A stretch of 64,000 nucleotides of DNA, from NCBI RefSeq assembly GCF_009914755.1, contig NC_060932.1, one strand, 5' to 3'. Both the position numbers and the translations under genes were made by a program. The stretch comes from the human T2T-CHM13v2.0 reference genome, Homo sapiens. Under the pieces are notes generated by a model, which saw only the letters and a program-made list of their open reading frames with translations, did no database searches and was not told where the DNA came from. This document shows positions 27,920 through 47,508 of the stretch, piece by piece. The stretch's first letter is position 1, and every line of letters starts with the position of its first letter.

Positions 27920-28350
27920 AACACCAATACTTTTTGTTGTAAGTGGCAGAAGCCTAGCTAATAATAACTTAAATATAGGCTTATGTTTCTTACATAAGTG
28001 GTTTGGAGATGAGTAATCTAACGCATGGCCGGTGGCTCTATGATACTCACTATTCCTAGCTGTTTGCTTGTCACCTCATGGTCATAAAGTGGCAGCTACG
28101 GCTCCACACTTTGCACCTACATTCAATTCAGCTGCCTGCTATGCTAGTTTCTTATATCAGGAATTTTTTTTAAAAAATTAGATTTTGTCTTACATATCGC
28201 CACCAGAAATATGTCATATGGCAACCTCTAGCTGAAAAAGGAAATGCGAAAACAAATAGAGACCTGGGCACATTTTTGCCCCAAAACAAAAAGAGGTTCT
28301 GTTTGCAAGGAGAAGGTGGAAAGTGACTATTTGGTATGCATCCATTTCTG
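27920..28350 (-). mobile_element. Ancient ERVL/MaLR-type LTR relic
   Basis: GTCACCTCATGGTCATAAAGTGGCAGCT...ATGTCATATGGCAACCTCTAGCTG motifs. Confidence 0.5.
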
Positions 28351-29212
28351 CCACAGAGACTACCAAGGTCCCTTTCAGCTTCAAAATTGTGATGGAGAAA
28401 ATTATGCCAGATAAAGTTTAATGCCATAGGCAAGCTAGTGTTGGGAAATCTTTGTCCCATTCTTGTGACTGGAGAGTTGCCTGGAACTGAGAAGATCCCT
28501 TTGGGTCCTCTTATTCATGATTACAAAATATAACTTTCACCTAAAAAATTTACATGATTAAAAGAAGTAACTTACACCAAAAGTATCAGGATTGCTTCTA
28601 AGTTCCTGGAAAGATTATCAGCACGACTGCTAAGATTTGTGAGCTCTGTGAGAAAATTTCTGCACAATTTCCAATTAAATTAGCTGTTGTCAAGATGTTG
28701 CGTTTTTAATATGGTGGCCAGATGTATCTTTTTATTCTGATCATATATTTTTCTGCTTTTCTGAAAATGGTTATAGAGTAATTTTTTTTAAATTCCAGGT
28801 TTGACTTTCTAGATTGCTCCAATTTTCCGTGTGTGTGTGTGTGTGTGTGTGTTTAATAACTGTAAATAAAACTACCATAGGGTTTTGAAAGCTCAACATA
28901 CAGAAACAAAACTTAGCTAGATTTAGAAGTGTTCCGATATCTTATTGGCTATTCTCTTTTGCCAAATAATTAAAATCAAAGAAGTGTGCATGAATATAGG
29001 AAACTTTAGGGTATTCAACCATTCACTAAACAAATATTTATAAAGTACCTATGTTTATTATGTGCTATATGGCAGGTACTGTTTTAGGCTGTAGGATTAT
29101 AGTGATAAACAAGGTGGAACAAATTGTTGCTTTTATGAAGCTTATATTTTAGTGAATATATAGAGGTAAAAAGTAATGAACACTCAGAGCAATAGAATAG
29201 AGAGTGACTAGG

Positions 29213-29566
29213 TGTATGAGTCTGTTCTCGTGCTGCTAAGAAAGGCATACCTGAGACTGGGTAATTTATAAAGGAAAGAGGTTTATGAACTCACAGTTTC
29301 ACATGGCTGGGAAGGCCTCACAATCACGGTGGAAGGCAAAGGGGAAGAAAATCACGTCTTATATGGTGGCAGCCAAGAGGGTTTGTGCAGGGGAACTCCC
29401 ATTTATAAAACTATCAGATCTCGTGAGACTTATTCACTGTCACAAGACCAGTATGGGGGAAACCACCCCCATGATTCAATTATCTCCACCTGGCCCTGCC
29501 CTTGACATGTGGGGATTATTACAATTCAAGGTGAGATTTGGGCGGGGACACAGACGAACCATATCA
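29213..29566 (-). mobile_element. THE1 (C/D-like) MaLR solo LTR inserted into an L2 relic
   Basis: TG...CA ends, ACCTGAGACTGGGTAATTTATAAAGGAAAGAGG, 5-bp TSD CTAGG (29208-29212 and 29567-29571). Confidence 0.92.
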
Positions 29567-30230
29567 CTAGGCAAGGTGAGTGTAGGGTGCAGTTTGAGAT
29601 AGAGTGTTCAGTAGAGGTATTTCAGTGACTTTTGAACTAAAGACTAATGTTTCTTTCCTCTATTTACCCCAGTTTACTTACTTTGCAGGATCATTCTTAA
29701 ATATAACTCTTTGTAAAAGTTTTTATCCTCACACAGATAATTGAATTATTAATCATTTTTTCTACCTAATTCCTAGTACACACCTTAGGAAGAATCCAAA
29801 GTTTTTGGAAGTTGATACACATTTACTTTAGGGGGAACCCTCTTTAGAAAAAAAATACTGTAATTGCAATTAACAGCTAAATTTAAATGCAAATATGTGT
29901 TTATACTAAGAAAAAGTACAACAAAGTTGGATTTTTAAAACCTGAGAAATACAAAGAACATCACAAAATTCAAAAAAGTAACAATATTTTTATTAACTAA
30001 TTGGTCAGCACACCTCTATACCCATTTTCCACATATATTTTGACTGCAGTTTTTGTTAAAATTGTCATAACTCAATAACTTGTTAACATTTTCTATAAAA
30101 AATGAAGAAAGATGATTCAGCTTTGCCTCTGGCATGAGAAATCAAATTTTTAATGTATATTTAGAGTGCATAAAATATGCATGTTCCCACAAAATGTACT
30201 CTCACTTTACACTATAGATTGTGTTCACAA

Positions 30231-30261
<31 letters not shown>

Positions 30262-30358
30262 CTTCTAGTGATGAATTAAAAAGAGAAAACAGAACAATTT
30301 GATTTTTATTAGCTATCAATTAACAAAATTATCTCTTTAAAATTTTACACATCTTCAA

Positions 30359-36055
<5,697 letters not shown>

Positions 36056-36477
36056 TTATACATCTGGTGACTTGAAAGTTTTTGCACTGGTAGCTTCTAG
36101 ATGAGGACATATTAAAACTGGTTTCTCCTCCCATTACCCACCCGCTTCTGGTGTCTGGTGTCATTGGACATATTAACATTGTAGTACAACTTCTGGCCCT
36201 GCACATGTGCGTCATACTGAGTCAAACCCATACAGGACAGCTAGCAAGAACTACGCCTATAAGTAATATTTCAAAACTCACATAATTCTGTTTCACTAAA
36301 CCCAAAGTAAATGTCTCCACATCCCAATTTCCCATTAATCAGATTCCACAGATGCTGACCTCCATTCCAATTCCCCCTTAATATAAGGAGAATTGTGGCA
36401 GAGGGGAAAAGCAAAACCTATCCACTGATGTTATGATTCTTTCCTGGACAGAAACTTCCTTCTGTGCTTTTTTTCAG

Positions 36478-36561
36478 ATAGCAGATTGTATTCCCATCTC
36501 TTCAGATAGAGAGTTCTTGGAGAAATTTAAAATATGCAGTTTAGAATCTGTAATGGCCCCG
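36478..36561 (+). pseudogene. Candidate open exon (IADCIPISSDREFLEKFKICSLESVMAP)
   Basis: TTCTGTGCTTTTTTTCAG|; 84 nt, phase 0-to-0, no stops; CCG|GTTAGT donor. Confidence 0.55.
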
Positions 36562-38109
36562 GTTAGTGCATACCCGACTTACTGGCCTTCCAAGTAGGCT
36601 CCTGGTAAAGAGGTGAGGCTAAAAGCAGGCATTCTGTTCAGATTCCCTTGCCCTGGTATTTGAATGAAAACAAATCAACATTTATAAAACAAATTACCTT
36701 CCACTTTCTATAAGTTAGGATGTTTTGGATTTCAAGAAACAGAAATTCCAAATCAATTGGTTTAAAATTACCAATCATATCAAAACATGTATCTGAAAGG
36801 CCAGAGGTAGAGGTAGGGCAGGATATAGCATGGTTTATCAGTGCCAGCTCCTGTTCTCAGCGATTCTTTTGGCTCTACCATCTTGCTTTTGTGTAGGTTC
36901 AATTCCAGGCTTATTTTCTTCCTGTTAAAATTAAAGACGCTTCAGGTCTAATATCTGTATCATGCCTCATCTTGGAGAAGAGAGAGCTTCTATCATCTCA
37001 TACTTACATCCTCATTGTATCCAGGGAAACTTTCTGTCCTCATTTTCATAGGCCTATATATGGGTACATCCCTGAATCAATACTTGAGGGAAGTAGGGGT
37101 ACAACTTCACCAATTGAACTAGGCTGTTTAAGCTTTTCACAAGCTGATTTCACAAAGGCGACAAGTAGAGTGGATTCTAAGGGTACAAGCATTAGCTTGT
37201 AAATGTTTATACAACAGTGTTCAACTGAAAAAATTACTTATATATACATTATATGTGTATGTGTTTGTGTGTATGTGTGTATGTATGTACGCTATAGGGC
37301 GCTTCGAAAATGCTTTGAAGCAAATGTGGCTATCCCCATTTTATAGATGAGGAGACTGAGGCTCTTTCTTTCACGGTTTTCATAGAGGAACCCAACTATG
37401 GAGCAGAGAACAGACTTCTTTACCTCAATCTGTCAGATCTTCTAGTTGAGAGGCTTTGAAACACTATCCCTATTCATTTAATATCATCCAGAGAGTTGTG
37501 TCTATAGAGAAGGGGCCTGAATCTGCAAAGATTTCATGGGGATTTCCTTAGCTCAAAAAGCCAAGTATGTACAGTAATGGCATCTGTTTCTGGTCATCCA
37601 AATGTACAATATAGGACATACCCTTTATTATCCAACAGACAATTCTGAGATTTGAAGCATATTTTTTACATACAATTAAAAATGTTTAAACTTAGTTTAA
37701 TTTTCCAATAACAATTTCTGTCCTTTAATGGAGGATTTAAAATTTTTCCCAACTAAACAACTTGAACAATGGACCCAAAGAGAATAATGAAGTGGTTTAA
37801 AAGAGGAAGGGGGAACCAGGAAATTTTTTTGGCAAAGTCTTCGTTTTAGCTCTAGCAGTTTGTGTAGTTTTGCACAAGTCACATAACTTACCTGGGTTTC
37901 TCTTTAACCATATTAAAATAGGAAGTAAGAAACTGCATTATAAAGTCCCTTAGTGTCCCAAACTAGAGATATATGTTGACTTTATGGAACTGGAGAATGT
38001 GGCTGACAGGAAGGGAATGAGGAAATAAAAGAAGATTGACAGACAGACAATATTTTAAATTCCATATTTATAATTCCTTTTCTCCTCTTGTGTGTGAAGG
38101 CCCCTTCAG

Positions 38110-38370
38110 GTAGGCCCTGCCAGTAGATATCACCCAGGCGCAGAGCTGCTTTTAGGAAAGCTCTCCCAGAAGGCTTCTGTGCTTGAAACTAAAAAGATAA
38201 GAGAGCAAAATTGGATCCATATGGGACAGCCAGCCAAGAACCAAAATGGAGAGGGATGTTAAAACATGTTGTCAAAGTAACAAGGGCTTTAAAAAGGCAT
38301 TACAAGCTGCAGAGATGGCGGAAATTAAACTGGAAGCATACAAATGAGAGATCCAGGAAGCTGCTCGCAG
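38110..38370 (+). pseudogene. Candidate decayed exon (VGPASRYHPGAELLLGKLSQKASVLETKKIREQN.../...GFKKALQAAEMAEIKLEAYK*EIQEAAR)
   Basis: CCCCTTCAG| acceptor, strong CAG|GTGAGC donor; needs one frameshift; TGA at 38345. Confidence 0.5.
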
Positions 38371-38498
38371 GTGAGCAGATCCTGTCACCAGTGGACAAAC
38401 TTTTTTATGTTCAGTGACATTTTGAGCCACAATTTCAAATCCAATTATCAACCTGGGACATAGGGTCATTTTTGTAAATGATAAAAAACGGAGGAATT

Positions 38499-38800
38499 GG
38501 CCGGGCGTGGTGGCTCATGCCTGTAATCCCAGCACTTTGGGAGGCCGAGGCGGGTGGATCACGAGGTCAGGAGATCGAGACCATCCTGGCTAACACGGTG
38601 AAACCCCGTTTCTACTAAAAATACAAAAATTAGCTGGGCATAGTGGCGGACGCCTGTAGTCCCAGCTACTCAGGAGGCTGAGGCAGCAGAATGTCATGAA
38701 CCCGGGAGGCGGAGCTTGCAGTGAGCTGAGCTGGCATCACTGCACTCCAGCCTGGGCGACGGAGCGAGACTCTGTCTCAAAAAAAAAAAAAAAAAAAAAA
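38499..38800 (+). mobile_element. AluY
   Basis: GAGATCGAGACCATCCTGGCTAACACGG and GGAGCTTGCAGTGAG; TSD GGAGGAATT. Confidence 0.96.
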
Positions 38801-41083
38801 AGGAGGAATTAGTGAAGTAGATGTCTTATTGGAACACTTTAAAATTTTGAATCATATTTAGTTTTCAATAGCACATCTTTCAACAGGTATGCCAAGGAAT
38901 CTTCTACTGAATTCAGAATGGAAACTCATTTTTGTTGGTTTATAATAGGCCTGCCACACCCCATGTGAGATAAAAATTATTGATTATTGAATCATCTGTA
39001 TAATTTTTAGACATCAGATAAAAATATTTGCTGTGGCTTTGCATATGCCTCAAATTATTGATAATAATTTTTGCTTATTGTAGGAATATAGTAGAAAAAG
39101 ATAGTTATATTGTTGGGAATTTTCACAGGGGCTTTATATACAGTCATTTAAAAAATTATTAAATTCAGTCAACCACTAAATATTTTGCAATTTGTCTATA
39201 AACTAGATGTTTTGAATCACAAATTTTTCCCCAAAATTTTGTTAGCTGTTTGTTGTTGTTAATAGAGCCTTTTTCAAATAACACATAGAGAGAGAAGCAA
39301 TGCATTTTGCTGAACTTTTATTCTTAGACTGCAGTTTACTTGAAAGTTTTGATTTAGATCTTTATTTTTTGCCTTTTAATTTAAATGTCTTGTTGGTTGA
39401 GTGCTCATCAATTAGCCCATTTTAGGTTTCTTTACTGGCTATAGCTGTTTTTAACACTGAAAAATACCAGAATGACAGTTTTCCTTTCAATGTGGTAGAA
39501 GTCAATGAGGTACTTTACTTAGAATAGCTTGGGATTGTGTGTATGTGTGTGCATGTGTATTTGTGTTGGAGGTGAGGTGGGTTGCTGTGGAGAGTAGATG
39601 GTTCAGCCCAGGTATGTGAACCTCAATGCTGCCCTGAGTCAGGAGGCTGGGGTATAGAGCTTGGCCTAATGCAGAAATATAGCTGACACTTTGGGAGGGA
39701 AATTATCTCTTACTTGAAAAATTACATTAAATAGTAATGTATACTATACTTAAATGTATACTAATATAAAATTTACCAATTTTATATTTGGTAAATGAGT
39801 AAAAGGTATTATATTCATAATGAAAACTAAAAGGTTTCATAGATGTTTGAAAATTACTGAGTGGTCTGTTAAGACCATTTTATTTTAACAGACTAAAAAG
39901 TCAAATATATACCCATTTCTAGTGGCTTCGTCTCCATGTCACTGTAAAGATGTTTCTTTGTCACTGGCATGGCATGGATGATTTATTTCTTCTTTCTCTG
40001 TCTGTTGTTCATGTATATATTATATATTAGCAAGTCGTACTGGACAAAAAGTTGTATAAAACAAAAGAAGTCATCAATCTCCTAAAGGAAATAAGCCCAT
40101 ACCTATCCAAAAGCATATGTGGAATAAAGCAAAACTTTGGAATCAGAAAGACCTGGATCAATAACACAAATCTACATTGACAATTTAATTGTGTTGCCTT
40201 GTATAAGTCACTGTCTATAAATATGTAATTTCATATTTAAAAAGCTGCATAACTAAACCGAAGTTAATTTTTGAGGATTCATGAGAAAACTATCTGAAAA
40301 GAGGTATGTGAAAGGCAAATTTTCTTTGAAGCCTAATGAAAGCATGTTTGTAATGTGAGTAATAATAAGAATGATCATGCTATTACAGTAATAGAATATA
40401 ATAATAATAGAAATAGTATAATAATTATTTTTTACATAGTTGGAGTCACCTTAACAATGACTTTTTGGTATGGAAGGATCACAAGCATTAGCCAATTCAT
40501 TATGAAAACATAAAACAAATATGTATTTTTTATTCTTGAGAAAGCCCTAAACCAGCAAAGTAATTTAAATGCAAGTGCTTCAAAGTTAAATGCTACATAT
40601 TCTCATCAGTTATATAGCCTGGCTTATTAATGTAAGCAGAAGCAGACAGGGTTATAGTTTTGTTTTGTGTTTTTTCCTAAAACTTATTTTCTTTATTACC
40701 AAATGCTGTGTTCATTTGCTTTTGGGAAGAATGTGAGTGCGTGTGTGTGTGTGTAAGCTACTAACTCAGGACTGAACTTTCCTTCACAGTAGAGAAAAAT
40801 ATATAAAAAAGAACCTTAGAGTGCTACATGAACAAGACTCTATGCCCCACATATATTTAAGATAAAATTTCCCAGATGTGGAGATATGCAATGATGTCTC
40901 CCCAATAGATGGTAAGATCCATAAGAACAAGTAATATGTGTGTTGTTGTTTCATTTTGCTGTTGTTTGTAATCACTGAGCATCCAGTAGCTTAGCACAAT
41001 GCCTGGTACCGGAAATTATTATAGCTGTTGAATATATAGATGAGATAATTGTTAAATGAGTGAGTATCCACCAGAGTATATAG

Positions 41084-41282
41084 GTGTTGCCATTATGCAC
41101 ACCACGGGGCAGAATTTAGTTCTTTTGAGTCTGTGGAAGAAAGTTCTTCTATCTCTGGAGCTATGAGGAATTTGGAGCTAGACTCCATGGGATAGAAATA
41201 GAAAATGATTCCTACTGGGAATTAGCTTGCCTTCAGTTCACAGAAGCAGCGGGATTTGGAAGAGGATATGTGGATGAACTTG
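41084..41282 (+). pseudogene. Possible decayed exon (CCHYAHHGAEFSSFESVEESSSISGAMRNLELDSMG*K*KMIPTGN*LAFSSQKQRDLEEDMWMNL)
   Basis: Phase-2 start matches the 38370 donor; three TAG codons; splice sites poor. Confidence 0.25.
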
Positions 41283-42299
41283 GTCTTTGTTTTTAGGCAT
41301 ATTTATTTCTAGTAGCAGTCAAAGTATTTAATTAATTAGTGTATTCATTTGTTTTATATATATATGTTATGTATTTATTATATATATGCTTAGCTACACA
41401 TCTATTTAAATTATCCTAAAATTGTTAAATATACCAAAACTATTTTCCTAAAATTTATTAAATACTGTAGCCTGGAATTAGCAGTGATTAATCTGAAGGC
41501 ACATTTTTAGGTGCTTTGAAGAGAATCAGGTCAAAGTAGGGTGATCAATTAGAGAGAGAAAGGAAAGACACGGTAAAGCTGTGAAGCACGTACATGTTTT
41601 GGAGGGGAAATATCAGATATTGCTCTGGGAGAGGAATCTGGTAGAACTAGGAAAGACAAGAGTTTGGATCTATTGAAATTTAGGCATGAAAGGGAATGTC
41701 ACCACATTGAGGTCTGTGGATACATCCATATGACATCCTAAAAAAATCAGCATCCGGCATGTATGGGATCATCCTAAGGTGGTTATTGTTACTACTATTG
41801 TCTTTTTTTGCAATTACTGCTGTGATTGACACTGTGTCCAATCACACTGTACATGTACAAGCACTTGTTAAATGCCTGAGCCTGTGAAAATGTGATAGAT
41901 GACATCAAAATTTGGCAACACCTGCAGTAAGAAATGTAAATTCAGTTCTTCAGATAAGGCATATGTTTAGGAAATATATAATCGGCAAAGAAAATATATG
42001 ATGAAACATAAGTTCATTTATTACTTGGTGTAAATGCTGGGGAATCTTATCTTGCTTGACTCAGTGGCCTGAGTCATGCCTAATTCTGGAAAGGAGGGGT
42101 CATAGACTCCCAGACAGAAGTCATCTTGCCTCTGGTTGAGAATAAGACAGAGATTAAAAGATGTCTCCCAGCAGTGCCCTCATAACCTAAGAATTGAGTG
42201 GAGACTTAAAGAAAGAGTGGGAAGTGTAGGACATGGTTTTCAGGTCTTAACTTTTTGCCAAAGAAAACAAATGTCATTTTACTTGTTTTTTTAACGGAG

Positions 42300-42447
42300 A
42301 CACAAGTAATGTGTGAAGATGCTGCTATTGTTGTAAAGGAGTTCTGACAGTGAAAATTTGTAGAAAAGGAGGCAACTTTAAAGGAGCCATAAATTTCCAA
42401 TTTCTTCCTCAAGACTTCAGAACAAGTGTGGTTCCTCAATGCTCAGG
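42300..42447 (+). pseudogene. Possible decayed exon (TQVMCEDAAIVVKEF*Q*KFVEKEATLKEP*ISNFFLKTSEQVWFLNAQ)
   Basis: Pyrimidine tract upstream, CAGG|GTAATC donor (phase 1), three stops. Confidence 0.35.
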
Positions 42448-42710
42448 GTAATCTAATTCGGAAATGAGCTAACAATTTCCTCTTGAGTAGCCCTCTGTAT
42501 TGCTGTTTGTCTGAAGCAGAAATATCCAGAGAGGCCAAATGTGTGTTCATGTGAAATGTCGGTGGCAACAGAGACAATATTTTGGCCAAAAAATTCAAGC
42601 CAAAACAATTTTTCATTATACAGAGAGGATATTAATATTCTGTTTTTTCTTATATGTTGGGCCAGCATTCTTTGAAAAGAGGTATTTTATATTTTTCTTT
42701 TGGATCATAG

Positions 42711-42753
42711 ACTTGTTAACGGAAAGACAGAAACGGACTCTAGAGATACAAAG
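42711..42753 (+). pseudogene. Candidate 43-nt exon (DLLTERQKRTLEIQR)
   Basis: TTTTTCTTTTGGATCATAG| and AAG|GTTAAT; phase 1 matches the preceding segment. Confidence 0.4.
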
Positions 42754-43264
42754 GTTAATAATATTTTTGAAGAAGATGTAAAGACAAGTGGTTTCTCTAA
42801 AGTCTTGTTGCTTATCACCCTAGTATTAAAGGGAAACATGAATTGACTTTCTTAAGAAACATTTAAGAACAGCAGCTCCCAAAACTGTAAGCCTTAGTTT
42901 ACATGTTTCCAAATGGAAAATGTATTACTTCATGTTAACTAACAGGTGCTCATCATAAATACTTGCTGAAAACTAAAGAAAATAACTTGTGTGGAACTTG
43001 AAATGGAAAAAGGAAGCCTAAGCATAAACCTCCAATTCTGAAGCAATTAAGCTATGGAAAAATTTTCAAAGTTAATCAAATTAGAAATTCATTTAAACAA
43101 TCTAGGGAAAAATGATTAACTTATTCTTCTGATTTAATAACTAAGGACTGATACAGGAAGAGTTTATCTAAGTAGTTGGTATATGAAGAGTACACAATTT
43201 ATAAATAAGAGGTCAGTGCAAACATCAAAGAAAGAAGCATGGTTTACAATGGAGTGAAGAATGA

Positions 43265-43612
<348 letters not shown>

Positions 43613-44799
43613 TAATGTGCCAAAATGAAGGAAAGGAACATATAGCATGAATATCTCAAGAAAAATACACTTTCATAGACTCTTCTCCATTCTACCCAGG
43701 ACTTCAAATGTGAAAACAAAACCTGTCAAACATAAGATGTGTTTATATATAGGCAGGCTGCCCTTCTCTTTTAAACTGGTGACCTGATCAATATATTGTA
43801 TCTGTAGTTTTTAGGGTTCTGTGATTCTAAGAATCTCAGAAGAAATGATAAATCAAAACAAAAATCTGAACCAGATGCATAGGACAAGTGCTATTTTCTC
43901 TTGGCTAAATGTATTGAAAATATGCTGTCAAGATCTTTGACCTAGTTCTGTCAACTCAGAGAACACAACTATCATAGAAGAAAACACACTATTATGTATT
44001 TTTCATAGCTACCCAGATGGACTCTACATTACCTTACGGTTGCAGGATTCTTGATGTTCTTTTATTGTAATGTTGATTTTATTGTTACCAGATACTTGGC
44101 CATGTGCCTTGGGTTATCCAGGTTCATGGCCCAACAAACGAAATAAAATTGGAATCATACTGAATACCTACATTTGATGAAATAATGATATGTAAGAGAA
44201 ATAAGAAGGATAGCACTAAAGGGGGAAAACTTTTAAGTGCTATCTTGTGAGGGCAGACACCCGAAAGCCAAGAACCTTTTAGAACTGAATTCAGCATTCT
44301 AAAGAAAGTTTTAATGTGTGAGCTAATTCCAGAGTCTACCAAGACAAACTGTATTTATATGTGATTCACAAAGCTTTGTTCCAAAAGGCTATAAGGACCT
44401 ACTGCGTAAGTGATGAAAAGCACATTCCTCTCACCTCCAAAACCCCATTGCACTGACTTTTGTCAAAGCTTGTCTGCAAGGTTTGATTTGAAGTTAGATT
44501 TTTAACACATTTTCATATATATGTTTGATTGACTTTGGCAGATGCTTTTTAGTGAATCCCTACATTCAGCAAATCATGCTAAACAAGTTACCTTAGAACA
44601 CAGCCTTTCCTGTTGCTCACATAAACAATAGCTATGTATTTAGTAACTTAAGAGTAAAACGTTCAGGCCGTCCAGTTGAGCTTCACCACACAGCCTGCCA
44701 CCTTTCCTCCTCCTGCCTTATGACACACCAGATTATTCTTTAATTGGCTTCTTGAGTTACTACCTCCCCAAACTTGACCGATAGGAGCAATCAGTGACA

Positions 44800-45040
44800 T
44801 ATGTGGTGTAATGGAAAAGAACATGGGACTGGGAGCCAGAAAACCATAGGTGGAGTAACAGCTCTGCCTTTTATGAGCTGGACAGCATTGAAGAGTTACT
44901 ACCTCTCTGAGCCTCAGCTTCAATATTCTTATCTGTAAAAGGGAGTAGAATGCACGTCTTGTCTATCCAATAAGATGGGTGTGATGACTTAATAGGAACA
45001 TATGTGGAAAAGCTTTGCAAATAAAAAAGCGCTTTACAGT
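44800..45040 (+). mobile_element. MIRb-like SINE
   Basis: ACCTCTCTGAGCCTCAGCTTC...ATCTGTAAAAGGG. Confidence 0.75.
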
Positions 45041-46299
45041 TGCAAAATACTCTTGATGTGAAAATAACCCTTTAAATCTAAAAATCTTGACATTAAGTGC
45101 ATTTGACATGTAATATTGATATTTTAATAACTATTTCAGAGATGATTTACACAGATTCTAAGTCACATACTTCAATTTATTCTCAAGTCTATCTGATGTG
45201 GGGGGAGCCCTGACTTGTTGTAATGCCCATGTCATTGGATATTCAGAAAATATCAGAGGCTAAGAATAAGATTAAGTCATTTCATGTTGCCCCGTAGCTG
45301 GATTTCTGGGGAATACAATTTAAAACCAAAGCCAGGATGGCAACCTTTGACTTCCTGATTACAGAGTTCACTTTCCTAGCCAGAACATAGAAAAGTTCTT
45401 AATGTACATTTTACACTCACAAAAAGTATGGCATAATAAACTTATGGTGAGGATTCTCACAATATGCTAAATGAACACAGTAGAAGGCATTCCAAATTAT
45501 ATTGGGGCCTATTGACAAAACATTGGGGAAAATATTGGCATTAGCTGCGTGAAGGTAGAGGGCTGGACAGATCCTGAGATCTGTGAGATAGTTTAAGACC
45601 TGAGACCATATGACGCAGGTGAGGAAGTAGAAGTAATCTAGCTTGGCTGGAGAAAACAAGCATGTAAGCAAAAGAGACTGTAACCTGTCCTGTTTTTTAG
45701 AAGACTTCATATAGAGTTCTTGTACTTTATCTCATGGTTCATCATGGTCCAAAGCAAATACATTTATTTCTGCTCAGTTCATCTCTATCTTCATTTATGA
45801 CAGATAATATAAATTATTTAATCATTTGAGCATCTCTTGAGTACTTGTTATATAGACTAGGGCTAGAATATACCTTCCATATTCACTGTAGTCTATATTT
45901 CATTACATAAAAACCTCTTCATGATTTTAAATATAGTTCTTTTAACAACAATTTGTTGAGTTTCTGGTATCTGTCAGGTAAAATGAAAGACACTGGAAAC
46001 ATAAAGATAAACAAATAAAGTTACCTTCATTTGTATCCATAGATTCTATTTATCAATATTTTATCTTTTTTTTCTGAGTCAGGCCCAGATTCTTCATGAT
46101 AATCTTTAGTTATAAATCTCTGAGTTCTGATACCATTTTAGTAATTTCTGTTATTTGTACCTTAGTTTATAACCTTGAGGATAAAATAATTATATGTTCA
46201 TTAGCCAGCCATTGGGTTCGTTTCCTGTGGATTGTGTCCATCTCTAGCCTAATCTGCTGTGGTTTGGTCATAAAGCAAGGAGAGCTGACACTATAGAGT

Positions 46300-47150
46300 T
46301 ATGATCAGGGAAGATGAAAATAGAATTGTCAAAGCCCAACTGTGATGTAGAGTATGCTCACCACACTCAGGAAAGATGTGACCATCTATCCCCTCCATTC
46401 TGCTCTGTTTGTATCTAAAGTATTGGTATGTCCAGAGCATTTTCATTTCTGGAGACTAAAATCAAGATGAAGGTGTTTCAAAGAAGATTATCCAGGCCCG
46501 GCACAGTGGCTCACGCCAGTAATCTCAACACTTTGGGAGACTGAGGCAGGAGGGTCATTTGAGCTCAGGAGTTTGAGACCAGCCTGATCAACATAGTGAA
46601 ACCCTGTCTCTACTAAAAATACAAAAATTTAGCTGGGCATGGTGGTGCTTGCCCTTAGTCTCAGCTACTCAGGAGGCTGAGGCAGGAGAATAGCTTGAAC
46701 CCAGAAGGCAGAGGTTTCAGTGAGCCAAAATCGTCCCACTGCACTCCAGCCTGGGCAACAGAGTGAGACTCCATCTCAAATAAATAAATAAATAAATAAA
46801 TAAAAGATTATTCCGGGGGATTGACTGGCTAATTAATAATATTCTATGAGTTATGTTGGCAGATGTAGGATAAATGAAGCTTGAAGACGAGAACCCATTA
46901 GTTGGATAAACTGAATAGGGTGGGATAATTATGGCTACATTCAGATATCTAGAGCTTTGCTATATAAAAAAGAAATCAGCTTAATTCTTCTTGTGTGTAT
47001 CAGGAACCATAGCATTAATATTTTAAAGGAGAATAGGCAACCTCAAAAGAGAATTGCCTCCATATTACTAGACATGGTCAAGCAAGAGTGAGTGTCTCTA
47101 CAGCTGGTATATTGAAATTTAAAGTACTAGAAGTTTATGTTATAGAAATT
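46300..47150 (+). mobile_element. CR1/L3 3' relic, interrupted by an Alu
   Basis: Degenerate CR1 C-terminal ORF2 pattern (CCCCTCCATTCTGCTCTG...TTCAAAGAAGATT...TTCAGATATCTAGAG). Confidence 0.45.
46495..46803 (+). mobile_element. Alu (AluS/J) with (TAAA)n tail
   Basis: Full Alu; TSD about AAGATTAT(T)CC. Confidence 0.95.
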
Positions 47151-47508
47151 TGCAATAGCATAGGTTTTAGACTCAGTCTGGCGCACAGTAGTTGCATTAT
47201 TTAGGGCTAATTTGTTCATTTGTAAAGTGACAATAATATTAGTATCTACTTAATAGGTCTATTATGGTTTTATTAAAATAATTCATGTGAAGGATTGACA
47301 GATGGTAATTATTAGATGACAATTATTGTTAAATATCACTATTTTAATGATACTTATTTAAATTTTGATGTGCCATTTTTTTCATTTTTTCATATCTTCT
47401 AGTACATCTTCCTTCAGTAGAAAACTAGGACCTCACACTCTTCTTACTTGTAGTCTGTCACTTCTAGTTTTCTGGGATGCTGTATAGATATTCCGGAACC
47501 ATCCCATA

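Noticed and set aside
45480-45618. Possible exon ending CAG|GTGAGG
   Set aside because: No convincing acceptor or open, protein-like frame
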